Shown: positions 63,356-64,000 of the stretch, one piece after another
How the letters are laid out: every line of letters starts with the position of its first letter
How positions within the stretch are numbered: the first letter of the stretch is position 1
Assembly (NCBI GenBank): GCA_038087875.1
Contig: CM075994.1
Location: 6,512,001-6,576,000 of the forward strand
Length of the DNA: 64,000 nucleotides
Direction of reading: 5' to 3'
Origin: Malacoraja senta
Lineage: Eukaryota
Made by a program: the position numbers and the translations under genes
The notes under the pieces: generated by a model
Seen by the model: only the letters and a program-made list of their open reading frames with translations
The model's database searches: none
What the model was told of the DNA's origin: nothing

Positions 63356-64000
63356 GAGTGGGGATGGAGAAATAAGGCGGATATTCAAAAATCTTGCCAG
63401 TAGATGGCGAGGGAGAGGCAGATTGGAAGATGAGACGGATGTGATTGGTAATTAGAGGTGGTTAATGAGGATGCAGGGATGTGGGGTGGAGTTGCCGTGA
63501 TCACACTGAACGGGAGTGGACTGGCCTGGACGGGGGACGCAATCTGCTGCTGTTTACTTGCTTTCTATAGTGGAGGGTGGTTTTGATGCGTCCGTACAAC
63601 CAATAACAGCATGATCTCATTGAGAACCAAAATATGAACTTCACTGAGGGACTTGACAATGTTCCGCTTGTTAGGCTGGTCCAGAAAGTGAAGGCAGGTG
63701 GTATCCAAGCAAACTGGTTAAATGGATCCAAAATTGGCTTCGTGGTTGGAGGTGGGAGGTAATGGTAGAAGGATGATTGTTCTGCTTGGAGGTCTGGTGG
63801 CTGGTGATGTGCAGCAGAGATTGGTGCTGCAACCATTGCTGTTTATTTTATGTTTTCATGGCTTGGATGTGAATGTTGGAGGTATGACTACTAAGTTTGT
63901 GGAGAACGGGTAATGTTGAGGATAGCAAGACAGTCTGGCAAAGTCTGCAGAAGGATATCGGCTAGATCATCGAAACCTTATTGTCATGCAGGAATATCAA
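63356..64000. repeat. Segmental paralogue of TRIM A intron 5 (7729-8361), including an old CR1 remnant
   Basis: Colinear similarity, with an empty hAT site near 63985. Confidence 0.8.

Overview
This is eukaryotic DNA. The repeat families suggest a cartilaginous fish, probably a skate or ray (inference). The window holds a head-to-tail tandem cluster of RING/B-box/coiled-coil/PRY-SPRY (B30.2) TRIM genes of the TRIM39/RFP/A33-like type, all on the minus strand with the same six-coding-exon plan (408-411, 96, 234, 23, 119 or 137, and 536 bp). Copies B (22353-36068) and C (37582-45597) look intact. They differ at 4 of 136 residues in RING/B-box but at about 31 of 178 in PRY-SPRY. Copy A (6931-19449) keeps an open frame but has lost SPRY. 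Copy D (52503-55819) has lost exons 1-2 and most of PRY-SPRY. Intron sequence of a fifth copy appears at the right edge. Introns and spacers are dense with nested transposons: a full-length L1, full-length and truncated CR1s, Tx1, Rex-Babar, tRNA-derived SINEs, hAT, Harbinger-, ISL2EU- and Kolobok-like DNA elements, a solo LTR and Penelope (GIY-YIG) elements. The most striking non-coding signal is a minimal hammerhead-ribozyme motif (CUGAAGA-A-stemII-GAAACGUH), present in more than a dozen intact or decayed copies. It is carried by Penelope 3' ends and by 140-200 bp mini-elements with 14-16 bp target duplications and 5' inversions whose junctions fall at the ribozyme. All calls were made by eye; exon boundaries were counted, and most repeat boundaries are approximate.
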